A stretch of DNA of 64,000 nt from Paludibacteraceae bacterium (GTDB lineage Bacteria > Bacteroidota > Bacteroidia > Bacteroidales > Paludibacteraceae), in assembly GCA_017630395.1 (NCBI GenBank), contig JAGBVI010000020.1, forward strand, positions 270-64,269. Direction: 5' to 3'. Below, in pieces: positions 49,157 through 58,381 of the stretch. Below the pieces are notes generated by a model. The model was not told the origin of the DNA, made no database searches, and saw only the letters and a program-made list of their open reading frames with translations. How positions within the stretch are numbered: position 1 is the stretch's first letter; every line of letters starts with the position of its first letter. Both the position numbers and the translations under genes were made by a program.

Positions 49157-49188
49157 AAAAAGGTTGGGCGAAAGCTCAACCTTTTTTG
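49157..49188 (+). terminator. Intrinsic terminator of secDF
   Basis: AGGTTGGGC-GAAA-GCTCAACCT followed by TTTTT. Confidence 0.85.
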
Positions 49189-49191
49189 TTG

Positions 49192-49250
49192 AAGGTGAGT
49201 TCAAAAATTGGTCGATAATTTAGAAATTGTTTAAAATGAGAGAGTGAGAC
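49192..49250 (+). repeat. Degenerate dispersed repeat head (copy G)
   Basis: AAGGTGAGTTCAAAAATTGGTCGATAATTTAGAAATTGTTTAAAATGAGAG. The AAGGTGAGTTC head is identical to the minus-strand head at 7621-7610. Confidence 0.4.
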
Positions 49251-49523
49251 TCAAAATCAATTTAAAATAAAATTTTAACGGCTTTTTAAAATAAATTTAT
49301 CTTTTTTCCTCTTTAAAGAGGCTTCCCTTTTGTTGTATCGACGAAATTTATGGAAATTCCTATCTTTTTATGCAGAAAAGTAAATATATTGCGAGTGTCA
49401 TCTCTTAAATTTTAATAAATTTGTATAGTGATTGTGTTCAGACTCATATAGTCGTATAGTATGTATAAGTCTTTGTTTGAGCAAAATTGCCTATTTTTTA
49501 TAATTTAAATTTTATTGAAAGTT

Positions 49524-51302
49524 ATGGGTGAAAGCGCAAAATATATTTCGGACCTATTTAATTATAGTCGTAGGAGGACGATAGCTGTAAAAGTTGGGAA
49601 TGTTGAGATAGGTGGAGATAATCCGATTCGGGTTCAATCTATGGCAAATACGGATACTAATGATACAAAGGCATCAGTAGAACAAGCCCTAAAGATAGAA
49701 CAAGCAGGAGGGGAGTTAGTTCGTTTTACTGCACAAGGGGTTAAAGAAGCTACTAATTTAGAGGCTATTCGTTCTGAATTACGAAAAAAAGGTGCAAAGG
49801 CTCCGTTGGTTGCAGATATTCATTTCAATCCTAAAGCAGCAGAAGTTGCAGCGTTGTATGTGGAGAAGGTTAGGATTAACCCCGGAAATTTTGTGGATAG
49901 GGTTCATACCTTAAATCGTTTCGAATATACAGATGAGGAGTATCAGTTGGAAATCGAAAAAATCAGGACAAAATTATTACCCTTGTTAGCTATTTGTCGT
50001 GAAAATCATACTGCTATCAGAATTGGTGTAAATCATGGTTCGCTTTCGGATAGAATCCTATCTCGTTATGGAGATACGCCCAATGGGATGGTGGAGTCTT
50101 GCTTGGAATTTTTGCGTATTTGCAAAGAGGAGCAATTCCTAAACGTGGTTATTTCAATAAAGGCCTCTAATACAGTGATTATGGTACAAACGGTTCGTTT
50201 GTTGGTGGCGCGTATGAATGAAGAGGGTATGAAATTTCCACTACATTTGGGTGTGACTGAGGCGGGTGATGGCGAAGATGGACGGGTGAAATCTGCACTT
50301 GGAATTGGTGCTTTGTTGGCGGATGGTTTGGGTGATACTATTCGTGTTTCCTTGAGTGAGAATCCGGAGTGTGAAATCCCTGTCGCTCGAAAGTTGGTTA
50401 ATTATGTCTCCTCAAGAATTGGTCATGACTTGATTTCTGCAAAGGACTCCGGTTGTGTCAATCCATTCGTATATCAAAAAAGAGCAACGTGTGCGGTAAA
50501 TGGAATTGGGGCAAACAATGTTCCTGTTGTTTTCATGTCTCAAGAATGTGAGCACTCTGTTTTATCTCCTGATTTTGTTGTTTCTAATGGAGAGATTGAA
50601 GGTCGGAAAATTTATTCTGTGACTTCTCTTGATAAATTAAGTGAAGAGGGAGGCGGTCATAAATATGTTGAGTTAACTTATTCTGATTTGACGGATGAGG
50701 TAGTGCAACAACTATCAGATGATGTTGTTGTTATATTGACTACCTCTCATAAGAATGGGGTGGCAGAACAGAGAGCGTTCTTTCATGCTTTAATGGAACG
50801 AAAAATGAAAAATCCGGTTATTATAAAACGAACTTACCAAGATAATGATATTGAGGATTTGCAGATTAAAGCCGGAGCCGATTATGGTCAGTTCTTTATT
50901 GATGGATTAGGTGATGGAATTTGGATTGAAGCTCCTAATGTTCAACCTTCTCAAGTTTTATCTTTGTCTTTTGGTATATTACAGGGAGCAAGAGTTCGTA
51001 TGTCTAAGACAGAGTATATCTCATGTCCAAGTTGCGGAAGAACTTTATTTGATTTGCAAAGTACAATTGCCCGTATCAAGGAAAAAACTTCGCATTTGAA
51101 GAATTTAAAAATTGGAATAATGGGATGTATTGTTAACGGTCCGGGTGAAATGGCTGATGCAGACTACGGTTATGTTGGTTCGGCCAAGGGAATGGTGAAT
51201 TTGTATAAAGGACAAACTTGTGTCGAAAAATTAATTCCTGAAGAACAAGCTGTTGATAAGTTAATTGAATTGATAAAAGCCAATGGGGATTGGGTAGATT
51301 AA
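49524..51302 (+). CDS. ispG: 4-hydroxy-3-methylbut-2-en-1-yl diphosphate synthase (long, insert-containing form)
   Basis: The ORF track starts at TTG 49515. I prefer ATG 49524. TIM-barrel N-domain (RVQSMANTDT), a central insert, and C-terminal 4Fe-4S cysteines CPSCGRT and GCIVNGPGE. Confidence 0.94.
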   Translation: MGESAKYISDLFNYSRRRTIAVKVGNVEIGGDNPIRVQSMANTDTNDTKASVEQALKIEQAGGELVRFTAQGVKEATNLEAIRSELRKKGAKAPLVADIHFNPKAAEVAALYVEKVRINPGNFVDRVHTLNRFEYTDEEYQLEIEKIRTKLLPLLAICRENHTAIRIGVNHGSLSDRILSRYGDTPNGMVESCLEFLRICKEEQFLNVVISIKASNTVIMVQTVRLLVARMNEEGMKFPLHLGVTEAGDGEDGRVKSALGIGALLADGLGDTIRVSLSENPECEIPVARKLVNYVSSRIGHDLISAKDSGCVNPFVYQKRATCAVNGIGANNVPVVFMSQECEHSVLSPDFVVSNGEIEGRKIYSVTSLDKLSEEGGGHKYVELTYSDLTDEVVQQLSDDVVVILTTSHKNGVAEQRAFFHALMERKMKNPVIIKRTYQDNDIEDLQIKAGADYGQFFIDGLGDGIWIEAPNVQPSQVLSLSFGILQGARVRMSKTEYISCPSCGRTLFDLQSTIARIKEKTSHLKNLKIGIMGCIVNGPGEMADADYGYVGSAKGMVNLYKGQTCVEKLIPEEQAVDKLIELIKANGDWVD

Positions 51303-51337
51303 TGTGATATTTGATATAGAAGTGTCCTAAATAAAAA

Positions 51338-51371
51338 ATCGACATAGACGAGACAATCTTGCTATGTCGAT
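51338..51371. terminator. Bidirectional intrinsic terminator between ispG and the symporter gene
   Basis: ATCGACATAG-14-nt loop-CTATGTCGAT with an A-run upstream and TTTATTTT downstream. Confidence 0.8.
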
Positions 51372-51398
51372 TTTATTTTGTATAACGTTGAGTTATAA

Positions 51399-52988
51399 TT
51401 ATTTTTGAATTTGATTTTCTTCTTTTTTTCTTGTTAAAAGGCTAACAACAACAATTGTAATACATGAAAGAGGGAATGCAATAGCAATAGGATCTACAAA
51501 TTTCAACATTCCGTTACTAATAAGAACATCAGTTCCGAACAGCGCTTGGCAGATACCTAAAGCAGAAGCCTCTTTAGCATGTACGAAGATTAATAGTATA
51601 ATTGTTATAATCACCCCAACCCACATACTTGCGTATGCGCCCTCTTTCGTTGCTTTTTTCCAATATAAAGCACAAAAATAGGCAGGTAAAAATGCAGACG
51701 CACAAATTCCCATAAATAGAGATGTGGAAATTGCAATAATTGGAGAGTCGCTAGATTCACCTAAGAGGTAACAAATAAGGTAACTTATCAAAATAGAGAT
51801 AAGTACAGCAAATCTAATCATTGTTGTCATTTTATCTTTCTTTTCTGGTCTGTTTTTGCTACATACGCCGTAGATGTCAGAACCAGCAGCTGCCCCCATT
51901 GTGTGGAATTGAGCACTTAAAGTGGACATGCTTGCAGATAAAATACATAACATAAAAATAGTTAAAAACCATGTAGGCATAACTCGTCCAACGAAGTATG
52001 GGATAATTTTATCGGTTGCATTTACCATATCAATTGAAATCTTACCATCGTATTCCATAAAATAGAGGTTGGAAAGTGCTCCAACGTGATAGATAACACC
52101 GACGGTGATTAATAAGAATACGCAGCCGATTGCTACTCCTTGATTCAATTTTTTTGTGCTGTTTACAGTCATGAAACGAACCACCAATTGAGGTTGAGCC
52201 AAACAACCAATTCCTACACCCATGATAAGGGATGTAACTAAGGTGTACCATTGTTGAGATCCCCATTGTGGCATTGCTGTCCACCCTTGATGTCCAACAG
52301 CGGCTAACGACTCCGGCACTTTATCTTTCATGTTTTCAAGAGCGCTATTTGCCTCTGAGAATCCCATACCTAGTGATTTATAAACACCAAAAATTAAAAT
52401 AGCCATACAAACAAACATAATTACGGCCTGCATAGCATCAGTGTACATCACACCTTTCATTCCGCCTGCCATAACGTATGATGCAACGATTATTGTGAAT
52501 ATCAAGAGAGATAAATCAAAGCTTATGCCGAAAACTTGTTGCATACAGAATACACCTCCGCGAAGTACAGCCGCAGCATAGAGAGGCATACACAAGAATA
52601 TGATAGTAGCGACAAAAATTCTAATTTTGGGCGATTGGTAGTATGCCCCTAAAAATTCTGCAAATGATGATACTTTTAACTTTGCACCAATTCTTCTTGT
52701 TGGGCGTCCAAAAATTATGTAAGCGATTACTACTCCGACAAACATATTTAAGAACATTAGCCATTGAATCCCCATTCCAAAAGTTGCAGCAACTCCTCCA
52801 AATCCAACTATAGCCGATGCTGAAATAAAAGTCGCTCCGTATGATAGAGCCATAACAATGGGATTCATATCCCCGCCACCAATCAAGAAGTCTTTTGAAC
52901 TATGAGTTTTTTTGTAACCAAGGTATCCTAAAAACGCAATGGATAAGAAATAGATCATTACGATAAGATACGTGTAAAAATTTTCCAT
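51399..52988 (-). CDS. Sodium:solute symporter (SSS family)
   Basis: 529 aa with ~13 predicted TM helices and an SSS-type N-terminal pattern (GGGDMNPIVMALSYGATFISASAIVGFGG). Confidence 0.88.
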   Translation of the reverse strand: MENFYTYLIVMIYFLSIAFLGYLGYKKTHSSKDFLIGGGDMNPIVMALSYGATFISASAIVGFGGVAATFGMGIQWLMFLNMFVGVVIAYIIFGRPTRRIGAKLKVSSFAEFLGAYYQSPKIRIFVATIIFLCMPLYAAAVLRGGVFCMQQVFGISFDLSLLIFTIIVASYVMAGGMKGVMYTDAMQAVIMFVCMAILIFGVYKSLGMGFSEANSALENMKDKVPESLAAVGHQGWTAMPQWGSQQWYTLVTSLIMGVGIGCLAQPQLVVRFMTVNSTKKLNQGVAIGCVFLLITVGVIYHVGALSNLYFMEYDGKISIDMVNATDKIIPYFVGRVMPTWFLTIFMLCILSASMSTLSAQFHTMGAAAGSDIYGVCSKNRPEKKDKMTTMIRFAVLISILISYLICYLLGESSDSPIIAISTSLFMGICASAFLPAYFCALYWKKATKEGAYASMWVGVIITIILLIFVHAKEASALGICQALFGTDVLISNGMLKFVDPIAIAFPLSCITIVVVSLLTRKKEENQIQK

Positions 52989-53015
52989 CGTTTATCCCTT
53001 TGTGATAATAATTTT

Positions 53016-53141
53016 TTAATCTTCTTTATCGTTCTTATCATCTTTATTCCAATAGATGATACCAAAAATTATGGAACCTATTGTGCAGATAATTGACAAT
53101 AGGTAAACCAACCATATAGCAGGATCTGAAATTCCAAACAT
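53016..53141 (-). CDS. Small (41-aa) single-TM symporter accessory protein, not in the ORF track
   Basis: My translation: MFGISDPAIWLVYLLSIICTIGSIIFGIIYWNKDDKNDKED. ATG at 53141-53139 and TAA at 53018-53016. It ends 27 nt before the symporter ATG and starts 11 nt after the ACT gene stop. One hydrophobic helix and an acidic tail. Confidence 0.6.
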   Translation of the reverse strand: MFGISDPAIWLVYLLSIICTIGSIIFGIIYWNKDDKNDKED

Positions 53142-53152
53142 CTCAATTTAAA

Positions 53153-53578
53153 TTATAAGTTGCTTAATTCTGCCTCCGATAAAAAGTTAAGACCATTGTT
53201 TTTTACTACTTCTGCAGCAGCTTCAATCGCATTGCATCGTAAAATTAGGATGGCCTTTTTATTGCACGAAAAGCAATACATATATTCGATACTGATTCCG
53301 GCATTTGTAAAGCATTCGATTGTTTCAGAAAATTTTTCGATGCTAGAATCACTTGTTATAGCAAAAACATCATTTAAATTAGCTGATACATCGTTAGCTC
53401 TAAGTAGTTTATAGGCTCGCATTTGGTCTGATGTTATCAAACGCAAAATTCCGTAATCGGATGTGTCTGCAACGGTTGCTGCAACAACATGAATATTTTC
53501 TTTGTTAAGTATGGAGAGTATTTCATTCAACCGGCCGAATTTATTCTCCAAAAAAACGGATATTTGAGGTATTGTCAT
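53153..53578 (-). CDS. ACT-domain protein
   Basis: 141 aa. Two ACT-like halves (ISVFLENKFGRLNEIL...). This is the usual partner downstream of phenylacetate-CoA ligase-like genes in anaerobes. Confidence 0.8.
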   Translation of the reverse strand: MTIPQISVFLENKFGRLNEILSILNKENIHVVAATVADTSDYGILRLITSDQMRAYKLLRANDVSANLNDVFAITSDSSIEKFSETIECFTNAGISIEYMYCFSCNKKAILILRCNAIEAAAEVVKNNGLNFLSEAELSNL

Positions 53579-53633
53579 AATTGCTCTATTTTGAATTATA
53601 TTTTAATCTCAATAAATTTATATAGCGTCTTGG

Positions 53634-54941
53634 TTATATAAGCTTTCTCAAATCTTTCACTCTGACAGCTTTCCCCTCAGATTGTGGAATCGTTCCTTTT
53701 TCCACCAATTTAACTCGAGGAGTTAAAAGAATTTCATCTTTTAATTGCCTTGTAATAGCTTTTGTTAGAGCTTGTAGTTTTGTGTAGTCATCAATCTTTA
53801 CATCTCCTAATTCTACTTCAACCAACATTTCGTCATTATTCCCAATCGTTTCAATTGTTATCAAGTAGTTCATACCCAATTCTTTAAATTTCATTAGGAT
53901 ACGTTCAATTTGAATCGGGAAGATATTAACGCCTTTTACAATCATCATATCGTCGCTTCGTCCTTGAATGCGAGCAATTCTTCTATGTGTTCTTCCACAT
54001 GGACAATCTCCTTTGATAAAGCAGGTTAAATCTCTGGTGCGATAACGGATAAGAGGCATTGCTTCTCTACATAGTGTAGTTAGCACTAATTCTCCAATCT
54101 CGCCATCTTCAACTGGTTCAAGTGTTTCCGGATTGATGATTTCTGCAATGACCAAATCTTCCCATATATGTAATCCGTTTTGTTCTTTACATTCAAATGC
54201 AACACCCGGACCATTCATTTCTGACATGCCGAAACTATTGTAAGCTTTTACACCCAACATTTTTTCAATGCGTTTGCGTTGCTCTTCTGAGTGTGGTTCG
54301 GCGCCGATACAGAAAATCTTTAAGTTGGTATCTTTTTTGGGGTCGATTCCCTCTTCTTGAAAAACCTCTGCCAAACGTGTTGCATAACTTGGAATAGCGT
54401 GAATAACACTTGTTCCAAAATCTTTGATGAATTTTATTTGGCGTTTGCTATTTCCGGCTGCAGCAGGAACGGTTAAGCAACCCAAACGTTCTGCGCCATA
54501 TTGATAGCCTAATCCTCCGGTAAACATTCCGTAGCCGGATGTGTTTTGAAATACGTCAGTATTACGAGCTCCCACCATGTACATACATCTTGCAACTTGG
54601 TCTGCCCAAGTATCCAAATCTTTTTGAGTGTGTAATACCACTGTGGGGTTTCCTGTTGTTCCACTGGAAGAATGAAGACGAACAATCTCTTTATGTGGTA
54701 CTGCTGCAAATCCAAATGGATAGTGTGAGCGTAAATCGTCTTTGGTTGTAAATGGAAATTTTTTTAAATCTTCCAAGTTTGTTATGGTCTCTTCTGATAG
54801 ACCTTTTTCTTTGAAGAGTTTTTTGTAGAATGGTGCATTTTGAGCTTGCTTTATAGTCGCTTTAAGTCGCTCTGTTTGTAATTTCTCGAGCTCGGGACGA
54901 CTCATCGTCTCAATCTCTTCTTGCCAATATTCGTTTGTCAT
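53634..54941 (-). CDS. paaK: Phenylacetate--CoA ligase family (PaaK-like aryl-acid adenylating enzyme)
   Basis: 435 aa. AMP-binding motif HSSSGTTGNPTV and a PaaK-type length and N-terminus (YWQEEIETMSRPELEKLQ). Confidence 0.88.
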   Translation of the reverse strand: MTNEYWQEEIETMSRPELEKLQTERLKATIKQAQNAPFYKKLFKEKGLSEETITNLEDLKKFPFTTKDDLRSHYPFGFAAVPHKEIVRLHSSSGTTGNPTVVLHTQKDLDTWADQVARCMYMVGARNTDVFQNTSGYGMFTGGLGYQYGAERLGCLTVPAAAGNSKRQIKFIKDFGTSVIHAIPSYATRLAEVFQEEGIDPKKDTNLKIFCIGAEPHSEEQRKRIEKMLGVKAYNSFGMSEMNGPGVAFECKEQNGLHIWEDLVIAEIINPETLEPVEDGEIGELVLTTLCREAMPLIRYRTRDLTCFIKGDCPCGRTHRRIARIQGRSDDMMIVKGVNIFPIQIERILMKFKELGMNYLITIETIGNNDEMLVEVELGDVKIDDYTKLQALTKAITRQLKDEILLTPRVKLVEKGTIPQSEGKAVRVKDLRKLI

Positions 54942-55260
54942 AATTTCTACTTTTTTTCAGTGTATCATTCATGATTTATATCCTCTTTCTATCCGACAGA
55001 TTTTCAATTTTGGATAAATCCTCTTTTGGAATGAAATGGGTTTGATTATCAAGAAGATAAGCTGAAATATTATCTTGAAATTTTTATTTTTTAATTGTTT
55101 TGAAATTTTATGTTTACAAAGGTAGGAAAAACAACGTTTTTATACAATATAATGTAGTTTTTTTTTATTGTATCTCTCTTCTTTTGAACGTAGTTTGAAT
55201 CTTAGTGCGGTAGAATTTGCGTTGAATAAATAACGGTAGTTTTTATAATGACTTTTTTAG

Positions 55261-55282
55261 TGTGATTTTATAGAACTCTCAT
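55261..55282 (-). repeat. Dispersed repeat head (minus strand)
   Basis: Reverse complement CATGAGAGTTCTATAAAATCAC. Contains the exact 14-mer GAGTTCTATAAAAT (55264-55277). Confidence 0.6.
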
Positions 55283-55368
55283 GATATGAATAATTTATCT
55301 GAAAGAATAAGGAATATCTTTTTTATTGCGTATGTTTCATGCCGGTATCTAGCTGATAGGCATAGATA

Positions 55369-55404
55369 CAAAAACTAAGGTCGAGGAAAATACTCCGACC
55401 TTAG
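55369..55404 (-). terminator. Intrinsic terminator downstream of the small membrane-protein gene
   Basis: CTAAGGTCG / CGACCTTAG 9-bp stem with a 12-nt loop, followed on the minus strand by UUUUUG. Confidence 0.6.
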
Positions 55405-55499
55405 AATGTATTTATTACCCTAGGTTGCAATGCGTTACGAATAGACAACTCAATTAATTGCTAACCGAATGGAGACTTTAAAAAGTAAATTGCACGCAA

Positions 55500-55676
55500 T
55501 TATTCTTCCAAGAAGATTTTGTTTAGAATGATGTGAGCTATAGTTCCCCCCACCATTAAACAACCGGCAGTAACCAACGCAGAATTGGAATTGAAGATTC
55601 CAAAGAAATACATCATCAAAACTACGGCACCCAACAATATAACGATGATGCCCAAATAGCGCATTATTTTATTCAT
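55500..55676 (-). CDS. Small two-TM membrane protein (hypothetical)
   Basis: The ORF track gives 55500..55703. Met10 (MNKIMRYLGIIVILLGAVVLMMYFFG...) is the likelier start. Two hydrophobic helices, with its own terminator downstream. Confidence 0.5.
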   Translation of the reverse strand: MNKIMRYLGIIVILLGAVVLMMYFFGIFNSNSALVTAGCLMVGGTIAHIILNKIFLEE

Positions 55677-55983
55677 TGTCTTAATTTTTATATTTTCATG
55701 CAAATGTAAGGATAATTTTTTCGTTTTAGGAAATTTATTTCAAAAAAAATGGATAAAGAATAAATATTGTGGCGTTAAATGATTTGTTGAATGTTTTTTT
55801 TGCTGAATTATGTATAACCTATTGGAGAAATTAATTTTGTATAATATTTTTTAGTTATATATATTGCTAACTTTTAATAACTTAGAATTACAAAATTTGA
55901 GTTATATATAATCTTTATTATGTGCAACATATATGTAAAGTACGTAACACACATTAACGGAAAATCTATTGACAGAATTAATT

Positions 55984-56170
55984 AGTTGTTTAAATTTTAT
56001 TTAGAGCAAGTTTGAGAGCGAATTTTAAGGAGGGTTCAATAACTTAATTTCGTGGAATTTTTGAATTTATTTCGACTAAATTGCTGAGCGAAAGAGGTGG
56101 AGTAAAGTATTGTAAATATTTGATAAATAGTAAATTATTAAAATGAGTCAAACCTGTCGAAAGGTTTGCT
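55984..56170 (+). repeat. Dispersed intergenic repeat, copy E (L unit + S unit + 3' extension)
   Basis: AGTTGTTTAAATTTTATTTAGAGC (L unit, forward), then AAGGAGGGTTCAATAACTTAATTTCGTGGAATTTTTGAATTTATTTCGAC (S unit). 54/74 identity to copy D. Further matches: TGATAAATAGTAAATTA versus TGACAAACAGTAAGTTG, and GTCGAAAGGTTT versus GCCGAAAAGTTT. Confidence 0.75.
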
Positions 56171-56442
56171 CCCTTGACTTAATTTTCTTAATCGTAAACG
56201 GAGGATTTATAGACCTTATTGATTTTAGTAGGTTGTGGGTGTTGGACAATAGTCTCCCTTTTTAGATATTCTTTGTATATTGTTTTGAAAATGTACCTTG
56301 GAAGGTTTAAATCTTTGTCATACAGAAAGAATGTAGACTTCTATTCTTGGTTGCACTCTTAAAAAATACTAAAATAGTGATAGTTAAGTCAAATTACCTT
56401 TTAAGATTTATTTTTAATGTGTTGTACTTTAATCTTTTTTTG

Positions 56443-56450
56443 TATTTTTG
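56443..56450 (+). promoter_or_regulatory. Candidate argH promoter -7 box (TATTTTTG), with TTG 18 nt upstream
   Basis: TAnnTTTG match at 56443-56450 and gTTG at 56421-56424. This would give a ~170-nt leader. Confidence 0.4.
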
Positions 56451-56625
56451 TCCTAAATTCGCGAGGATAGTTGGTGGTGATGCGGTGAGACCTGTCAGAG
56501 GAGGTTTTGCAGATTTAGTTTTGTAATACTTTGGAAGGAGTTGATAGGGGAAATTATCTTGCTGATTTGATGAGTGAAAAATAAGAGAAAGTAGTTTAAA
56601 CTTTAAGAATAAAGAGTAGAATAAA

Positions 56626-57969
56626 ATGGCTCAAAAATTATGGGATAAAGGGAAGGCAACCAATGAAGAAATCGAACGCTTTACAGTAGGTAGAGATCGT
56701 GAAATGGATGTCTATTTGGCAAAGTATGATGCATTAGGATCAATGGCTCATATAACGATGTTGGAAAGTATTGGTTTGTTGGATAAAGAGGAATTGCCCC
56801 CTTTATTGGCTGAATTGAAACAAATTTACCATGTTGCAGAATCCGGAGAGTTTGTGATTGAAGAGGGGGTTGAAGATGTTCATTCTCAGATAGAGTTGAT
56901 GTTGACACGCCGGTTGGGTGATATGGGAAAAAAGATTCATAGTGGAAGATCTCGAAACGACCAAGTGTTGTTGGATATGAAGTTGTTTACACGAGATAAG
57001 TTGAAAGAGGTTGTTGCCGGTGTTTATGAATTATTTTCTGTATTAATCGCACAAAGCAATAAGTATAAGGATGTTATGATGCCGGGTTACACGCATTTGC
57101 AAGTGGCAATGCCCTCTTCTTTCGGCTTGTGGTTTGGTGCTTATGCTGAGAGTTTGTTGGATGATGTCTATTTCTTGCAGTCTGCATGGAAAGTAACCAA
57201 TAGAAATCCGTTAGGTTCTGCTGCAGGATATGGTTCGTCGTTCCCATTGAATCGTCAAATGACGACGGATTTATTGGGCTTTGAATCAATGGATTACAAT
57301 GTTGTTTATGCTCAAATGGGACGAGGAAAGGTGGAAAAGGATGTAGCTTTCGCCATCTCCGGTTTGGCTGCTACGATTTCTAAATTGGCATTTGATTCGT
57401 GTATGTTTACGAGTCAAAACTTTGGTTTCTTGAAATTGCCTGATGAGTGTACAACCGGCTCAAGTATCATGCCTCATAAAAAAAATCCGGATGTTTTTGA
57501 GTTGACAAGAGCGAAATGCAATAAGATTCAGACATTGCCACAGCAAATTATGATGATAATGAATAATTTACCATCCGGTTATTTCAGAGATTTACAGATT
57601 ATAAAGGAGTTATTTGTTCCTATATTTGAAGAGTTGAATGATTGCATAAAGATGACAACTCACATTATGCGGGAAGTAAAAGTTGTGGAGGGTATTTTAG
57701 ACGATAAAAAATATGACCCAATTTTCAGTGTAGAGGAGGTGAATCGTTTAGCGTTAGGAGGAATGCCATTCCGCGATGCATATAAAAAAGTGGGCTTGGA
57801 TATTGAGGCTGGAAACTTTGAGCCAAATAAAAATTTAAATCATACGCATGAAGGTAGTATGGGTAATTTATGTAATGATCAGATAGTTGCGCTAATGGAT
57901 AAAGCAATATCTGAGTTTACATTCGAGAGAGTAGATGAAGCTGTAGAAAAATTATTAGAAGAGAAATAA
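56626..57969 (+). CDS. argH: Argininosuccinate lyase
   Basis: 447 aa. Fumarate-lyase signature GSSIMPHKKNPD and the N-terminal LWDKG... typical of ArgH. Confidence 0.95.
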   Translation: MAQKLWDKGKATNEEIERFTVGRDREMDVYLAKYDALGSMAHITMLESIGLLDKEELPPLLAELKQIYHVAESGEFVIEEGVEDVHSQIELMLTRRLGDMGKKIHSGRSRNDQVLLDMKLFTRDKLKEVVAGVYELFSVLIAQSNKYKDVMMPGYTHLQVAMPSSFGLWFGAYAESLLDDVYFLQSAWKVTNRNPLGSAAGYGSSFPLNRQMTTDLLGFESMDYNVVYAQMGRGKVEKDVAFAISGLAATISKLAFDSCMFTSQNFGFLKLPDECTTGSSIMPHKKNPDVFELTRAKCNKIQTLPQQIMMIMNNLPSGYFRDLQIIKELFVPIFEELNDCIKMTTHIMREVKVVEGILDDKKYDPIFSVEEVNRLALGGMPFRDAYKKVGLDIEAGNFEPNKNLNHTHEGSMGNLCNDQIVALMDKAISEFTFERVDEAVEKLLEEK

Positions 57970-58349
57970 TGAAAAAATCAGGAATTGAATTAGATGAGAC
58001 CGAATTATTGGTTAGTAAAATTGTAGAAGGAATTCAAGAAAAAAAGGGGGAAAAGATTGTTACTGTCAATATGACTAAATTAGAGAACAATGTTTTTCGT
58101 TACTTTGTTATATGTGAAGGGCGTTCCAATACGCATGTTGGTTCTATCGCTGATTCTGTGAAAGATTATGTCAGAGAGCAGATTAGAGTTAAACCGATGG
58201 CAATTGATGGATATGAAAATGCTATGTGGATTGCGATGGATTATGGGGATGTTATTGTTCACGTATTTCAGCCGGAAATCAGAGCTTTTTATAGTATCGA
58301 AACTCTTTGGGAGGACGCAGAAGTGGCTGAAATTCCGGAATTGTCGTAA
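57969..58349 (+). CDS. rsfS: Ribosome silencing factor RsfS (Iojap family)
   Basis: 126 aa. A typical RsfS core (YFVICEGRSNTHVGSIADSV...WIAMDYGDVIVHVFQPEIRAFYSIETLW). The start overlaps the argH stop (TAATG). Confidence 0.92.
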   Translation: MKKSGIELDETELLVSKIVEGIQEKKGEKIVTVNMTKLENNVFRYFVICEGRSNTHVGSIADSVKDYVREQIRVKPMAIDGYENAMWIAMDYGDVIVHVFQPEIRAFYSIETLWEDAEVAEIPELS

Positions 58350-58381
58350 TTAATTTAGTCAATAAATAAAACAATTATAGT

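Noticed and set aside
56027-56040. GGGTTCAATAAC / GGTTC heads of the repeats as possible tRNA T-arms or tRNA fragments.
   Set aside because: No acceptor stem, anticodon arm or GTTCGAATC-type T-loop context is present. I found no cloverleaf-capable sequence anywhere in the window.
7548-56170. Whether the recurring AAATTTTATTTCGAG / GGTTCTATAAAT units form a CRISPR array or tandem repeat locus.
   Set aside because: The copies are scattered over ~50 kb in different intergenic regions and on both strands. They are degenerate, are not separated by uniform spacers, and no cas genes are present.
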